Assembly (NCBI GenBank): GCA_963708075.1 | Contig: OY970194.1 | Span: forward strand, 2,336,001-2,400,000 | Length of the DNA stretch: 64,000 bases | Source of the DNA: Sedimentisphaerales bacterium | GTDB lineage: Bacteria; Planctomycetota; Phycisphaerae; Sedimentisphaerales; Anaerobacaceae | Direction: 5' to 3' | In this document: piece after piece, positions 1 through 9,200 of the stretch | Position numbering within the stretch: the stretch's first letter is position 1 | How the letters are laid out: every line of letters begins with the position of its first letter | The notes under the pieces: generated by a model | Database searches by the model: none | What the model was told of the DNA's origin: nothing | What the model saw: only the letters and a program-made list of their open reading frames with translations | Position numbers and translations under genes: made by a program

Positions 1-2195
1 CCGCTCAGGAGTTCAGGCACGACAGATCGCCACAGGACCCCGCCGCGATTGCAGATGCATATCGGCGGGCTCACGCGCTCCTTGGAGGCCTGCGGGGACA
101 GGTTCCTTTGGAGAAGGAGGCTGCAGAGCTTGAGGCACTCGGGGCGAGGGCGTCGCAAGTGGATGACATGGACAAGGCCGCTCGCGAAGCTTTGTACCAG
201 CAGATCCGGTCCGTGACTCGCAGCATCGCCCTGAGGAACCCGCTGATCGCGGGCAAGCCAATCACGTTCATGAAGCGGCGTCGATTCATCTGCCAGATGC
301 TCCACGAGTACCTCGGCTACTTCTACGATTACGGCGACATCGCCGGCGGAGGGGTCTATGTCCTCAGGGAGCCGGGGCGATCTCTCGACGTGCAGGACCT
401 GATCGCCGGCCGCTTGCCCAAAGGCAATTACACGACTCTTGCGTTGTCCTACGACGCCAAGACCGTGTATTTCGCCTTTGCCGAGCGGGCCGAGACCAAG
501 CCGGACTACTACTCGCCGCAGCGGAGGTGTTTCCACCTTTATGCCGTCAACATCGATGGGACAAACCTGCGCCAGCTCACCACCGGCTGCAACGACGATT
601 TCGACCCATGTCCCCTGCCGGATGGCGGCATCGCATTCATGTCCACCCGTCGCGGCGGTTTCGGCCGCTGCCACAATCCCTGGGAGCCGCTGCCCGCCTA
701 TACCCTGCACCGCATGGATGCCTCGGGCGAGAATGTGCGGATGCTCTCCTTCCACGAGACGAATGAATGGCATCCCGCTGTGCTCAACGACGGCCGGATC
801 GTTTATACCCGATGGGATTACGTGGACCGCTCGGCGGCAAACTATCACGGCCTGTGGACCAGCAACACGGATGGCACGAACCCAAGCATCCTGTTCGGCA
901 ACTACACACAGCGAATCAACGCATGCTTTCAAGCCAAGGCTGTTCCCGGCTCGAACAAGGTCGCGTTCATCGCGGGCGCGCACCACGCCGATGTCGGCGG
1001 CTCGCTCGTGCTCGTGGACCCGGACAAGTACCGGCTCGATCCTGTCACCGGCGAGGACCGCTTTGAGTCGGTCGAAGAACTGACGCCGGAGGTGTGCTTC
1101 CCGGAGGGTGTCGGCTGGCCGAAGAGCTATTTCCACAGTCCGTGGCCGCTCTCGGAGGACTACTTCCTCATCGCGTTCAGTCACAAGCCGCTGCCCGGCA
1201 TGGGCTCCAACGTCAAGGACGACAATTACACGGGTTTGTACTACTTTGACCGGTTCGGCAACCTGGAGTTGCTGTACCAGGACCCGGATTTCTCCTGCAT
1301 GTACCCGGTTCCGCTGCAGCCCCGCCCGCGGCCCCCAGTGCTTGCGGGCACGCTCGATCCGGAACTTGGCGACGAAGGCGAGTTCATCCTGACGGACGTC
1401 CGCCAGAGCTTCTTCCCCCTGCCGGTTTCGCGCCCCATCCGGCAATTGCGGATCTTTCAGGTGCTTCCGAAGACGGCCACGCACGTTGCGAATCAGCCCC
1501 GGCTGGGCCACGCCAACGCCGAGAGCGCCCGCATGTTGCTCGGGACAGTCCCGGTCGAGACGGATGGCTCCGCGTACTTCCGCGCCCCGGCCGGCAGGCC
1601 GGTCTACTTCCAGGCCGTGGACGAGGCCGGACACGCCGTGCAGACGATGCGCAGCGTCACCTACCTGCAGCCGGGAGAGCGACGCAGTTGCCTCGGCTGC
1701 CACGAGCCTTTCGGGACCGCCTCGGCCCGCAACAACAGAATCCAGGCCCTGAGGCGACGACCTTCCCGAATCGAGCCCGGCCCGGAAGGCACGCGTCCCA
1801 TGAGCTATCCACTGCTCGTGCAGCCCGTGCTCGACAGGCATTGCGTCAAGTGTCACGATGCCGGCAAGAGCCCGCCAACTCTCACCGGCGAACCGGCCAA
1901 GACCTTCACCCGATCGTACGAGAGCCTGCGGGAATATGTCCGCTGGTATGAATGGGGTGGCGAATCGATCCAGGAGATCGGGACCCGCCCCGGACACAGC
2001 GGCGCCGATGAGAGCCGGCTGCTGAACGTGCTCGAGGATGCTGCCCACACGGATCAAGTCAATCTGCCGCCGGAGGATTACCTGCGGCTGTGCATCTGGC
2101 TCGATGCGAATGTCCCCTTCTACGGCACCTATGACAACGAGGCCCAATTGGCCCAGAAGGCCGGACAGGCCGTGCCGCCTCCGTCGATCCAATAA
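1..2195 (+). CDS. HzsA-related (hydrazine synthase alpha middle-domain-like) TolB/PD40 propeller protein with two CxxCH motifs; 5' partial
   Basis: Frame open from window start; DDFDPCPLPDGGIAFMSTR, GRIVYTRWDYVDR and LGTVPVETDGSAYFRAPA...FQAVD motifs; SCLGCHE and CVKCHD heme-c motifs. Confidence 0.8.
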   Translation, partial: AQEFRHDRSPQDPAAIADAYRRAHALLGGLRGQVPLEKEAAELEALGARASQVDDMDKAAREALYQQIRSVTRSIALRNPLIAGKPITFMKRRRFICQMLHEYLGYFYDYGDIAGGGVYVLREPGRSLDVQDLIAGRLPKGNYTTLALSYDAKTVYFAFAERAETKPDYYSPQRRCFHLYAVNIDGTNLRQLTTGCNDDFDPCPLPDGGIAFMSTRRGGFGRCHNPWEPLPAYTLHRMDASGENVRMLSFHETNEWHPAVLNDGRIVYTRWDYVDRSAANYHGLWTSNTDGTNPSILFGNYTQRINACFQAKAVPGSNKVAFIAGAHHADVGGSLVLVDPDKYRLDPVTGEDRFESVEELTPEVCFPEGVGWPKSYFHSPWPLSEDYFLIAFSHKPLPGMGSNVKDDNYTGLYYFDRFGNLELLYQDPDFSCMYPVPLQPRPRPPVLAGTLDPELGDEGEFILTDVRQSFFPLPVSRPIRQLRIFQVLPKTATHVANQPRLGHANAESARMLLGTVPVETDGSAYFRAPAGRPVYFQAVDEAGHAVQTMRSVTYLQPGERRSCLGCHEPFGTASARNNRIQALRRRPSRIEPGPEGTRPMSYPLLVQPVLDRHCVKCHDAGKSPPTLTGEPAKTFTRSYESLREYVRWYEWGGESIQEIGTRPGHSGADESRLLNVLEDAAHTDQVNLPPEDYLRLCIWLDANVPFYGTYDNEAQLAQKAGQAVPPPSIQ

Positions 2196-2205
2196 GTGCC
2201 GCATA

Positions 2206-2233
2206 TTGCATTCGCTCGCCAATTCGATATGAT
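2206..2233 (+). promoter_or_regulatory. putative sigma70 promoter for Fe-ADH
   Basis: TTGCAT-N16-TATGAT about 45 bp upstream of GGAG RBS/ATG 2278. Confidence 0.4.
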
Positions 2234-2277
2234 GCCCCGCAAGTGAATCAAGAACGTGTTTTGGAAAAGGAGCCGCG

Positions 2278-3465
2278 ATGAACCTCAACTTTGCGCTTTA
2301 TATGCCTGCACGGGTCCTCTTTGGATGCGGGAAGCTCAAAGAACTGGGCACGACCCCGTTCCTGCCCGGCAGGAAAGCCCTGATCGTGATCGGCGCCTCG
2401 GGCGCCATGAGAAAGCAAGGGTATCTCGACACGGTCATCAATCTTCTCAAGACCAACGGCACCGAGTCGGTGGTTTACGATAGGATCCAGCCGAACCCGG
2501 TAAGCGAGCATGTTGAGGAAGGCGCTCGGGTCGCACGGGACAACAAGTGCGACTTCGTGGTCGGCTTGGGCGGTGGCAGCACCATCGATTCCTCCAAGAG
2601 CATCGCCGTCATGGCGGTTAACCCCGGCAAGTACTGGGATTACCTCTTTGGCGGCAGCGGCGGCGGCAAGGCGCTGCCAAAGGGCGCACTGCCCATCGTC
2701 GCCATTCCCACCACCGCCGGCACGGGCACCGAGGCCGACCCCTGGACCGTGATCACCAAGACCGATACCAACGAGAAGATCGGCTGGGGCAACCGGTGGA
2801 CGTTTCCGACGCTGTCCATCGTCGATCCCGAGCTGATGGTCAGCGTGCCGCCCGAGCAGACGGCCTACACCGGCATGGATGCGTTCTTTCACTCCGTCGA
2901 GTCCTATCTGGCCACAGTCAATCAGCCGACGAGCGACCACCTTGCCCTTGAGGCCATTCGCCTGATCACCAAGTATCTGCCCATTGCCGTCAAGGACGGC
3001 CGCAACCTGGAGGCTCGGACCAAGCTCGCCTGGGCCAGCACCGAAGCCGGCGTCTGCGAGTCCCTCTCCTGCTGCATCTCGCACCACTCGATGGAGCACG
3101 CGGTCAGCGCGTACTTTCCGAATGTCCCGCATGGGGCAGGTCTGACCATGCTCTCAGTCGCCTATTTCAGCTACCTGGCCGAGCGGAACCCCGCCCGCTT
3201 TCCCGACCTGGCACGAGCCATGGGCGAAAAGATCGACGGCCTGCCCAAAAAGGAACAGGCCATGGCCTTCATCAAGGCCCTCAAAAAGCTCATCAAGAAG
3301 ATCGGCCTGCACCAGCAGAGACTCAGCGACTTCGGCATCCAGCGGGACGACCTGCGGAAACTCGCCGAGAACTCATTCTACGCCATGGGCAAGCTGTTCG
3401 ACCTGACGCCGGTAAAGCTGACCGTTGACGACGCCACCGCCATCTACGAGCGGGCCTACACGTAG
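2278..3465 (+). CDS. iron-containing alcohol dehydrogenase
   Basis: GLGGGSTIDSSK, AIPTTAGTGTE, GMDAFFHSVES, HSMEH and PHGAG motifs. Confidence 0.92.
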   Translation: MNLNFALYMPARVLFGCGKLKELGTTPFLPGRKALIVIGASGAMRKQGYLDTVINLLKTNGTESVVYDRIQPNPVSEHVEEGARVARDNKCDFVVGLGGGSTIDSSKSIAVMAVNPGKYWDYLFGGSGGGKALPKGALPIVAIPTTAGTGTEADPWTVITKTDTNEKIGWGNRWTFPTLSIVDPELMVSVPPEQTAYTGMDAFFHSVESYLATVNQPTSDHLALEAIRLITKYLPIAVKDGRNLEARTKLAWASTEAGVCESLSCCISHHSMEHAVSAYFPNVPHGAGLTMLSVAYFSYLAERNPARFPDLARAMGEKIDGLPKKEQAMAFIKALKKLIKKIGLHQQRLSDFGIQRDDLRKLAENSFYAMGKLFDLTPVKLTVDDATAIYERAYT

Positions 3466-3556
3466 GGAGTCGCCCGGAGTCGCGCCCCGCCTGTGATGAG
3501 GGTGCGATCGGCAGTCGGTGGCGGATTCGAGCCGCGTTGCCGGTCCCTCCCGTCGA

Positions 3557-5011
3557 TCAGTACGAGCGGGCGATGTCATGGCAGTGGTACGCGACCCGCG
3601 GCCGAGCCCGCAGCACCACCCCGGCGGCAGGCCTGCGCCGTTGGCTTTGTTTCGTGTTGCCGTCCCCGTTCGTAGTGACGCCGCAAGGCGTTTGGCGGCA
3701 AGTGTCAAGTGCAGGCTCACCGCTTGACACTTGACACTTCAAACTTGAGACTCCCCCCTGAATTGGCTTTGTTTCGCACGGTGTATCCTCGCGGGCTGAG
3801 CCGGTCCCACCTGGCACTTCTTGCGATGGGCTTTGTTTCGCAGAATCCGTTTCGCAGGGTGGGCTGTGTCCACCTTCCACCGCCACAGATTGGCTTTGTT
3901 TCGCACAGTCGCTTACGACAGTATGGGTGGCAGCGTCAAGCGCAGCTTGGCGATGGTCTTCCTGAGGCTCCTCGAATTGGCTTTGTTTCCCAGAATCGCT
4001 CGTGCCCTCCCGGGTGGCAGCGTCAAGCGAAGCTTGGCGATGGTCTTCCTGAGGCTCCTCGAATTGGCTTTGTTTCCCAGAATCGCTCGTGCCCTCCCGG
4101 GTGGCAGCGTCAAGCGAAGCTTGGCGATGGTCTTCCTGAGGCTCCTCGAATTGGCTTCGTTTCACAGAATCGTTCGTCCCCTGCTGGGTGGCAGCGTCAA
4201 GCGAAGCTTGGCGATGGTCTTCCCGAGGCTCCTCGAATTGGCTTTGTTTCACAGAATCGCTCGTCCCCTCCCGGGTGGCAGCGTCAAGCACAGCTTGGCG
4301 ATGGTCTTCCCGAGGCTCCTCGAATTGGCTTTGTTTCGCAGAATCGCTCGTCCCCTGCTGGGTGGCAGCGGCAAGCGCATGCTTGCCGATGGCGTCAGGA
4401 TGCAGCCCAACACCATCGGCAAGCTCCGCAGGCTGCGCTTGCCGCTGCCACCCGTCGTGATTCCTCAAATTGTGCGAACTCGATGCCCCGTGCCCGTCCT
4501 GCCCTTCTTGCTCCCGCCGGACCTGCCGCAGTTCCTTCATCGTCCTGTACAGGCTGCTCTCGATCCGACGTTCGTGCATCGCCAGCCGGTCGAGGGTCCT
4601 TGTCTCGGCGAAGTCCCGTGCGACCGCCCGCCCGAAGGCCAACTCGGCCCTGGCCGATGGATCGCGGTTCTCACGGCGGCACTTGACCCAGTCGTCGCCG
4701 CGATCCGCTTCGATGAGATAATCGAGGGCCTCATCCTGCATGCGTTCGGCCCGTTTGAGCCGCCACCACAAGGCCACGATGCGTTCCGCCATCGCCTCTT
4801 CCTCCGGCCCATCCGGGTCCAGCTTCCGGAGCATCCGGGTGCGGTGCAGCTCGAATTCCTGCGGATCTTCGTTTCTGAGCACGGCCTGGCGGGCCCACAG
4901 GCCATGCTTGACGGCGTTCTGGGCCGCGACGGCCTTGCCCTCCGACGTGCGGGGTCCGGTGGATTTGGCGGCGTTACGACGGTTGGCGGCGACTCGTGCC
5001 TGGCTACCCAT
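3557..5011 (-). CDS. hypothetical protein, N-terminal 'AANRRNAxKSTGPRTxEGK...NAVKHGL' (HGGxSTG-like) domain plus repeat-derived C-terminal tail
   Basis: GGAGG RBS before ATG at 5011; ~165-aa helical N-domain, then 29-aa repeats (KQSQFEEPxEDHRQAxLDAATxxGTSDSx). Confidence 0.75.
   Translation of the reverse strand: MGSQARVAANRRNAAKSTGPRTSEGKAVAAQNAVKHGLWARQAVLRNEDPQEFELHRTRMLRKLDPDGPEEEAMAERIVALWWRLKRAERMQDEALDYLIEADRGDDWVKCRRENRDPSARAELAFGRAVARDFAETRTLDRLAMHERRIESSLYRTMKELRQVRREQEGQDGHGASSSHNLRNHDGWQRQAQPAELADGVGLHPDAIGKHALAAATQQGTSDSAKQSQFEEPREDHRQAVLDAATREGTSDSVKQSQFEEPREDHRQASLDAATQQGTNDSVKRSQFEEPQEDHRQASLDAATREGTSDSGKQSQFEEPQEDHRQASLDAATREGTSDSGKQSQFEEPQEDHRQAALDAATHTVVSDCAKQSQSVAVEGGHSPPCETDSAKQSPSQEVPGGTGSAREDTPCETKPIQGGVSSLKCQVSSGEPALDTCRQTPCGVTTNGDGNTKQSQRRRPAAGVVLRARPRVAYHCHDIARSY
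3641..4345. repeat. nine copies of the motif (T/G)(T/G)GGCTT(T/C)GTTTC, consensus TTGGCTTTGTTTC
   Basis: Copies near 3641, 3763, 3828, 3890, 3977, 4064, 4151, 4238 and 4325. Confidence 0.9.
3889..4392. repeat. 87-bp tandem repeat, about 5.8 copies, inside CDS
   Basis: Exact 87-bp period between motif copies 3890-4325; each unit contains GGGTGGCAGCGTCAAGCGAAGCTTGGCGATG or a close variant. Confidence 0.95.
4360..4453. repeat. inverted REP-like doublet
   Basis: GGGTGGCAGCGGCAAGCGCATGCTTGCCGATG ... CATCGGCAAGCT...GCGCTTGCCGCTGCCACCC. Confidence 0.8.
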
Positions 5012-5030
5012 GGGAAACCTCCGGAATCTA

Positions 5031-5058
5031 TGATTTTTGATGTTTGATTTTTGATTTG
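5031..5058. repeat. 7-mer tandem repeat (TGATTTT)x4, degenerate
   Basis: TGATTTT TGATGTT TGATTTT TGATTTG just upstream of the RBS of the 5011 gene. Confidence 0.8.
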
Positions 5059-5238
5059 AACATGGCCGCAGGCCTGTCGGGCGCGCCGGCGCCCGGTGAG
5101 ACGTGGTCATCAGACCATATAATAGAGACGCCCCAGAGGGCGAAATGTTTCAGGAATTTCTGTTCTATGACAAACTATCTGCAAGTGCCTGTGGCCGCAG
5201 AACTTATGCCCTATTTTTTGCATGGTAAGCCGCAGCCC

Positions 5239-5261
5239 GTGGGATGGGCTTCAGCCCATGC
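5239..5261. repeat. REP-like palindrome
   Basis: GTGGG-ATGGGCT-TC-AGCCCAT-GC, GTAG/GTGG-type REP architecture. Confidence 0.6.
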
Positions 5262-5325
5262 AGATAGTCTGGGAGTTGCCGGAGAAGAACTGCGAGTCAG
5301 CGTCGCCAGATTTGGAGAACGAAGG

Positions 5326-6002
5326 CTACTTCTCGCATGGCAGGTCTTCCCATCGCAAGCGGGGGTAGTCCCTGCCCTCGCAGATGGCCCAAGTCTTATC
5401 AAAGTCCCAGTCCACAAAGCTCGCCTGTTGTTTCATCTGCACAGCCGTGAGGGCCAGGCCGAGACAGCTTCCCCTGCACTCCAACACTCGATGATCTCGC
5501 CGCTGTTGATTCCCACCAAAACGCCTACTCCTTCCCCACCAGAGATATGAGCCTTGGCATAACACCGAATAATGCGCCCCTGAGTCATCGCGACAAGGGC
5601 ACTACGGCAATACCCTGATTGCTCCCCCACCTGAGCATCATCAACCCCCAGGTCCATCACTGCACCTTCTTCTCCGACTCCTCCAAATAGCGACAGATTC
5701 CACGACATGCCGCCCCGGATCGTCAGATTTCGAATTCTGTGGCCACGACCGTCGAAACAGCCCATGAACCATCCTTTGTCAACGTAGGGATCGTGGTAGG
5801 CGTCAGGTGCGATCACGGCTTTTGTGAAGATGCGGCCGCCGGGGAGGTTGGGGTCCAGGTCGATGTCGTTGAGCAAGATGAAGTGCTTATCAAGCAAATT
5901 GGGGTCCGCACCGATGGAGATAAGCTGCTCGATGGTGGCGATCTGGTAGGGATCAATCGGCGTGCCGGCGCCGCCTGCGAAATGATGCGGCCGGCCCTCC
6001 AA
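5326..6002 (-). pseudogene. GLUG-motif surface protein remnant (no N-terminus, internal deletion/frameshift near 5470)
   Basis: FAGGAGTPIDPYQIAT...FDGRGHRIRNL...GVLVGINSGEI in one frame; typical C-terminal QMKQQASFVDWDFDKTWAICEGRDYPRLRWE in another frame. Confidence 0.7.
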
Positions 6003-6086
6003 AGCGTCTCCGAATGCCGCGTACGGCCTGTGAGGGACCGCAAGGTCCGATATCCCTTGCGGCTGTGCTCATTTCCCAAGTCAGAG

Positions 6087-6116
6087 TTGACTATCATGCG
6101 GGGAATCTGTTAAAAT
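6087..6116 (+). promoter_or_regulatory. putative sigma70 promoter
   Basis: TTGACT-N18-TAAAAT with TG extended -10, upstream of the LTD/CotH gene. Confidence 0.5.
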
Positions 6117-6211
6117 AGGCGGAGTGAGGTCCGGCCTGTTTGGCCGGGATGGCCGAAAATACGCTTACGACTCAGCGACCTGCAGTCACAAGGCGGAAAG
6201 GCGGATACGTG

Positions 6212-9200
6212 ATGATTATCCGGTTCCCTTCTTTTGTCGCGGTTATGGTTATCTCTTGCTTTGTCGCGACATTCCCTGCCTCCGGAGGCCAGGGGGCGGA
6301 CAGTCCACTGCTCATCAACGAGCTGATGGCCGCGAATGCCACGACGATTCGGGACCCACAGAACCAGTACGATGATTGGATTGAGCTCCGTAATGCGGGC
6401 GCGCAGCCTGTCAATGTCGGCGGTATGTACCTGACGGATGATCCCGAGACGCCGACGATGTGGCAGGTCCCGACGGACCGTTCTACGGCGACAACCATCC
6501 CGGCCGGCGGTTACCTGCTGATCTGGGCGGACGGGGATAGCACAGGCCGCACGGGTCTGCACGCCAGTTTTCGGCTCAACGCGGGAGGAGATACGGTCGC
6601 CCTGATTGACGTCGATGGAAAGACCATCCTCGACATGGTGCAGTTTGACAAGCAGACGGCGGATATTTCCTATGGCCGGGACCCTGCCGCAACCGACCAG
6701 TGGCGGCTCCTGGGTTTCCCTACGCCGGGGACGCCGAACATCAACACGTACGTCGGCTTTATCGCCGATACGAAGTTCAGTCACGACCGGGGATTTTACG
6801 ACCAGCCGTTTTCCGTGACCATCACCACGGCCACCGAAGGAGCCGATATCTACTACACTGTGGATGGGAGTTCACCCTACGACACTCTTCGCGCCCAGGC
6901 CACGGGCAAGCTGTACACGGGTCCGATCCCCATTACGACGACCACGTGCCTTCGCGCCATCGCAACCAAGGCCGCATGGAAGTCCTCCAATGTGGACACG
7001 CAGACGTACATCTTCCTGAAAGACGTGCAGAATCAGGCCACCAATCCCGCTACCGGCGCCCAGGTCACCCCGTCAGGGTATCCCACGTCCTGGGGCTCCG
7101 TGCCCGGCGACTACCAGGTGGACCCTGATGTAGTTGGCGAGAACGGCAAAGACAAGTTCGGGGGTCTATACGCCAATACATTCAAGGACGACCTCAAGGC
7201 TGCGCCAACCATCTCCGTCGTTATGGACAAAGAGAGCTGGTTCGGTCCCACAGGCATATACATCAATCAGTCCCAGGACGGTACCGAGCGCGCCTGCTCG
7301 CTGGAATGGATCGATCCCAACGGAGAGGAAGGATTCCAGGCCAACTGCGCAATCGCCATGCAGGGCGGCGTCAGCGGCGGCGGCACCAGCCTGGACCGAT
7401 GGAAGGTGTTCAAGCTGTCCATGCGCCCGAGATTCAAGATCGCCACCGACGACGGCAAGCCTACCGGCGGTCCTTCACAACTCAACTATCGTATCTTTCC
7501 CGATTCGCCCATCGAGATTTTCGACACCGTCGTATTCGACGAAGTGCTCAGCAACGCCTGGAACCACGCCGGCCAGCACATGTACGGCACGTACCTGCAG
7601 GACCAGTTCGTCTCCGACCTGCACAACATGATGGGCGGCCAGTCCCCGCACGGCCTGTACGCCCACCTCTACATCAACGGCATGTATTGGGGAATGTACT
7701 ACGTGCACGAGCGTCCCGACCACGCGTGGGCGGCACAGATGTTCGGCGGTGAAAAAGAAGAATACGACGTGCTGAAGCACTACACGAATATGACCGTCAA
7801 CGACGGCATCGGCGGCAAGGCGATCGACAACTTCAGCGCCATGGTCCGTGCGGCGGACACTGTCGCGGCCGATCCCACCAACATGGCCAAGTATGATGCT
7901 TTGTGCCGGATGCTGGACATCGACAATTTCATCACAGACCTCCTGGCGCACTGGTTCGCGCTGAACTGGGACTGGCCCGAGAAGAACTGGTACGCGACGC
8001 ACCGTTCGCCTGACGGTCAATGGCGATTCCATACGTGGGACGCCGAGCATTCCCTGGAGTGGTTCAACAACCAGAACGTCCTCGGCTTGAGCGTCTCCGG
8101 CATTCATGACAAGCTCAAGGGCAACGCGGACTATCGCATGCGCTTCGCGGACCACGTACACAGGAACTTCTTCAATGGCGGGCCGCTCTCGGTGCCCTTC
8201 GTCATGGATATGTACCGCGCGAGAATGGCCCAGATCGACCGGGCCATCGTCGGCGAGTCGGCTCGATGGGGCGACACGCGACAATCGACACCACATACAC
8301 GCCAGGATTGGCTGACCAACCAGGACCGTCTCCTGTCGCAGTTCCTCCAGCCCCGTCCGGCCTACGTTCTGAACTGGCTCAAGGGCGCGGGGCTCTATCC
8401 CAACGTCGATGCGCCGGTGTTCAACATCGATGGCACGTACCAGCACGGTGGCCACGTCGCTGCGAATGGTGCCCTTTCCATGCAGGCGTCGGCAACGGTT
8501 TGGTACACGCTCGACGGCAGCGATCCTCGCGTGCCGGGGACGACGCCGCAGGGCGGCGGCAGCGGCTTGACGCTTGTGCCCGAGAATGCCGCCAAGCGGG
8601 TCTTCATTCCAGTCGGGCCCGTGGATGATGCATGGAAGACGAGCGTCAGTTTCTCCGACGCCTCGTGGATCAGCGGGACGGGCGGCATCGGCTACGAGCG
8701 AAGCATAGGCTATCAGTCCTATTTCAGCATCGATCTTCGCAGCACCATGTATGGAGTCAACGCAGGCTGCTACATTCGTGTCCCCTTCACGATCAGCGCA
8801 CAGGATCTCGCCAGCCTTACCAGCCTGACGCTGAGGGTTCGATACGATGACGGCTTCATCGCCTACCTCAACGGCACCGAGGTCCAGCGGGACATGTTCA
8901 ACGGCACACCCGCATGGAACTCAAGGGCCACCGGCAACCACGATGAAGAGGAAGCAGTGAGCCTGATGCCCTTCGGTCTCCACCGCCCATATCGATAAGC
9001 TGCACGCGGGCACGAACCTGCTCGCCATCCAAGGCCTGAACCAATCATCCACAAGTTCCGATTTTCTGATCTCTTTCGATCTGGTCGGCGAGAAGGCATC
9101 CACGAGCGGTCCTGCCACCCCGGTCGGCGTGTCCCCCACCGCGGTCAAGTACGTCAGCCCGATCACGCTCGCCGAAAGCGCTCACGTCAAATCCCGAGCC

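Noticed and set aside
1..2195. Anammox hydrazine synthase cluster
   Set aside because: No hzsB/hzsC/hao genes downstream, and the context is heterotrophic sugar catabolism.
3641..4453. CRISPR array
   Set aside because: The constant motif is only about 13-20 bp, most intervening segments are near-identical, the array lies in a CDS, and no cas genes are present.
3709..5047. Plus-strand ORFs 3709-4686 and 3821-5047 as genes
   Set aside because: They are antisense shadows of the minus-strand gene, which has the RBS and the recognisable N-domain; openness follows from the stop-free repeat.
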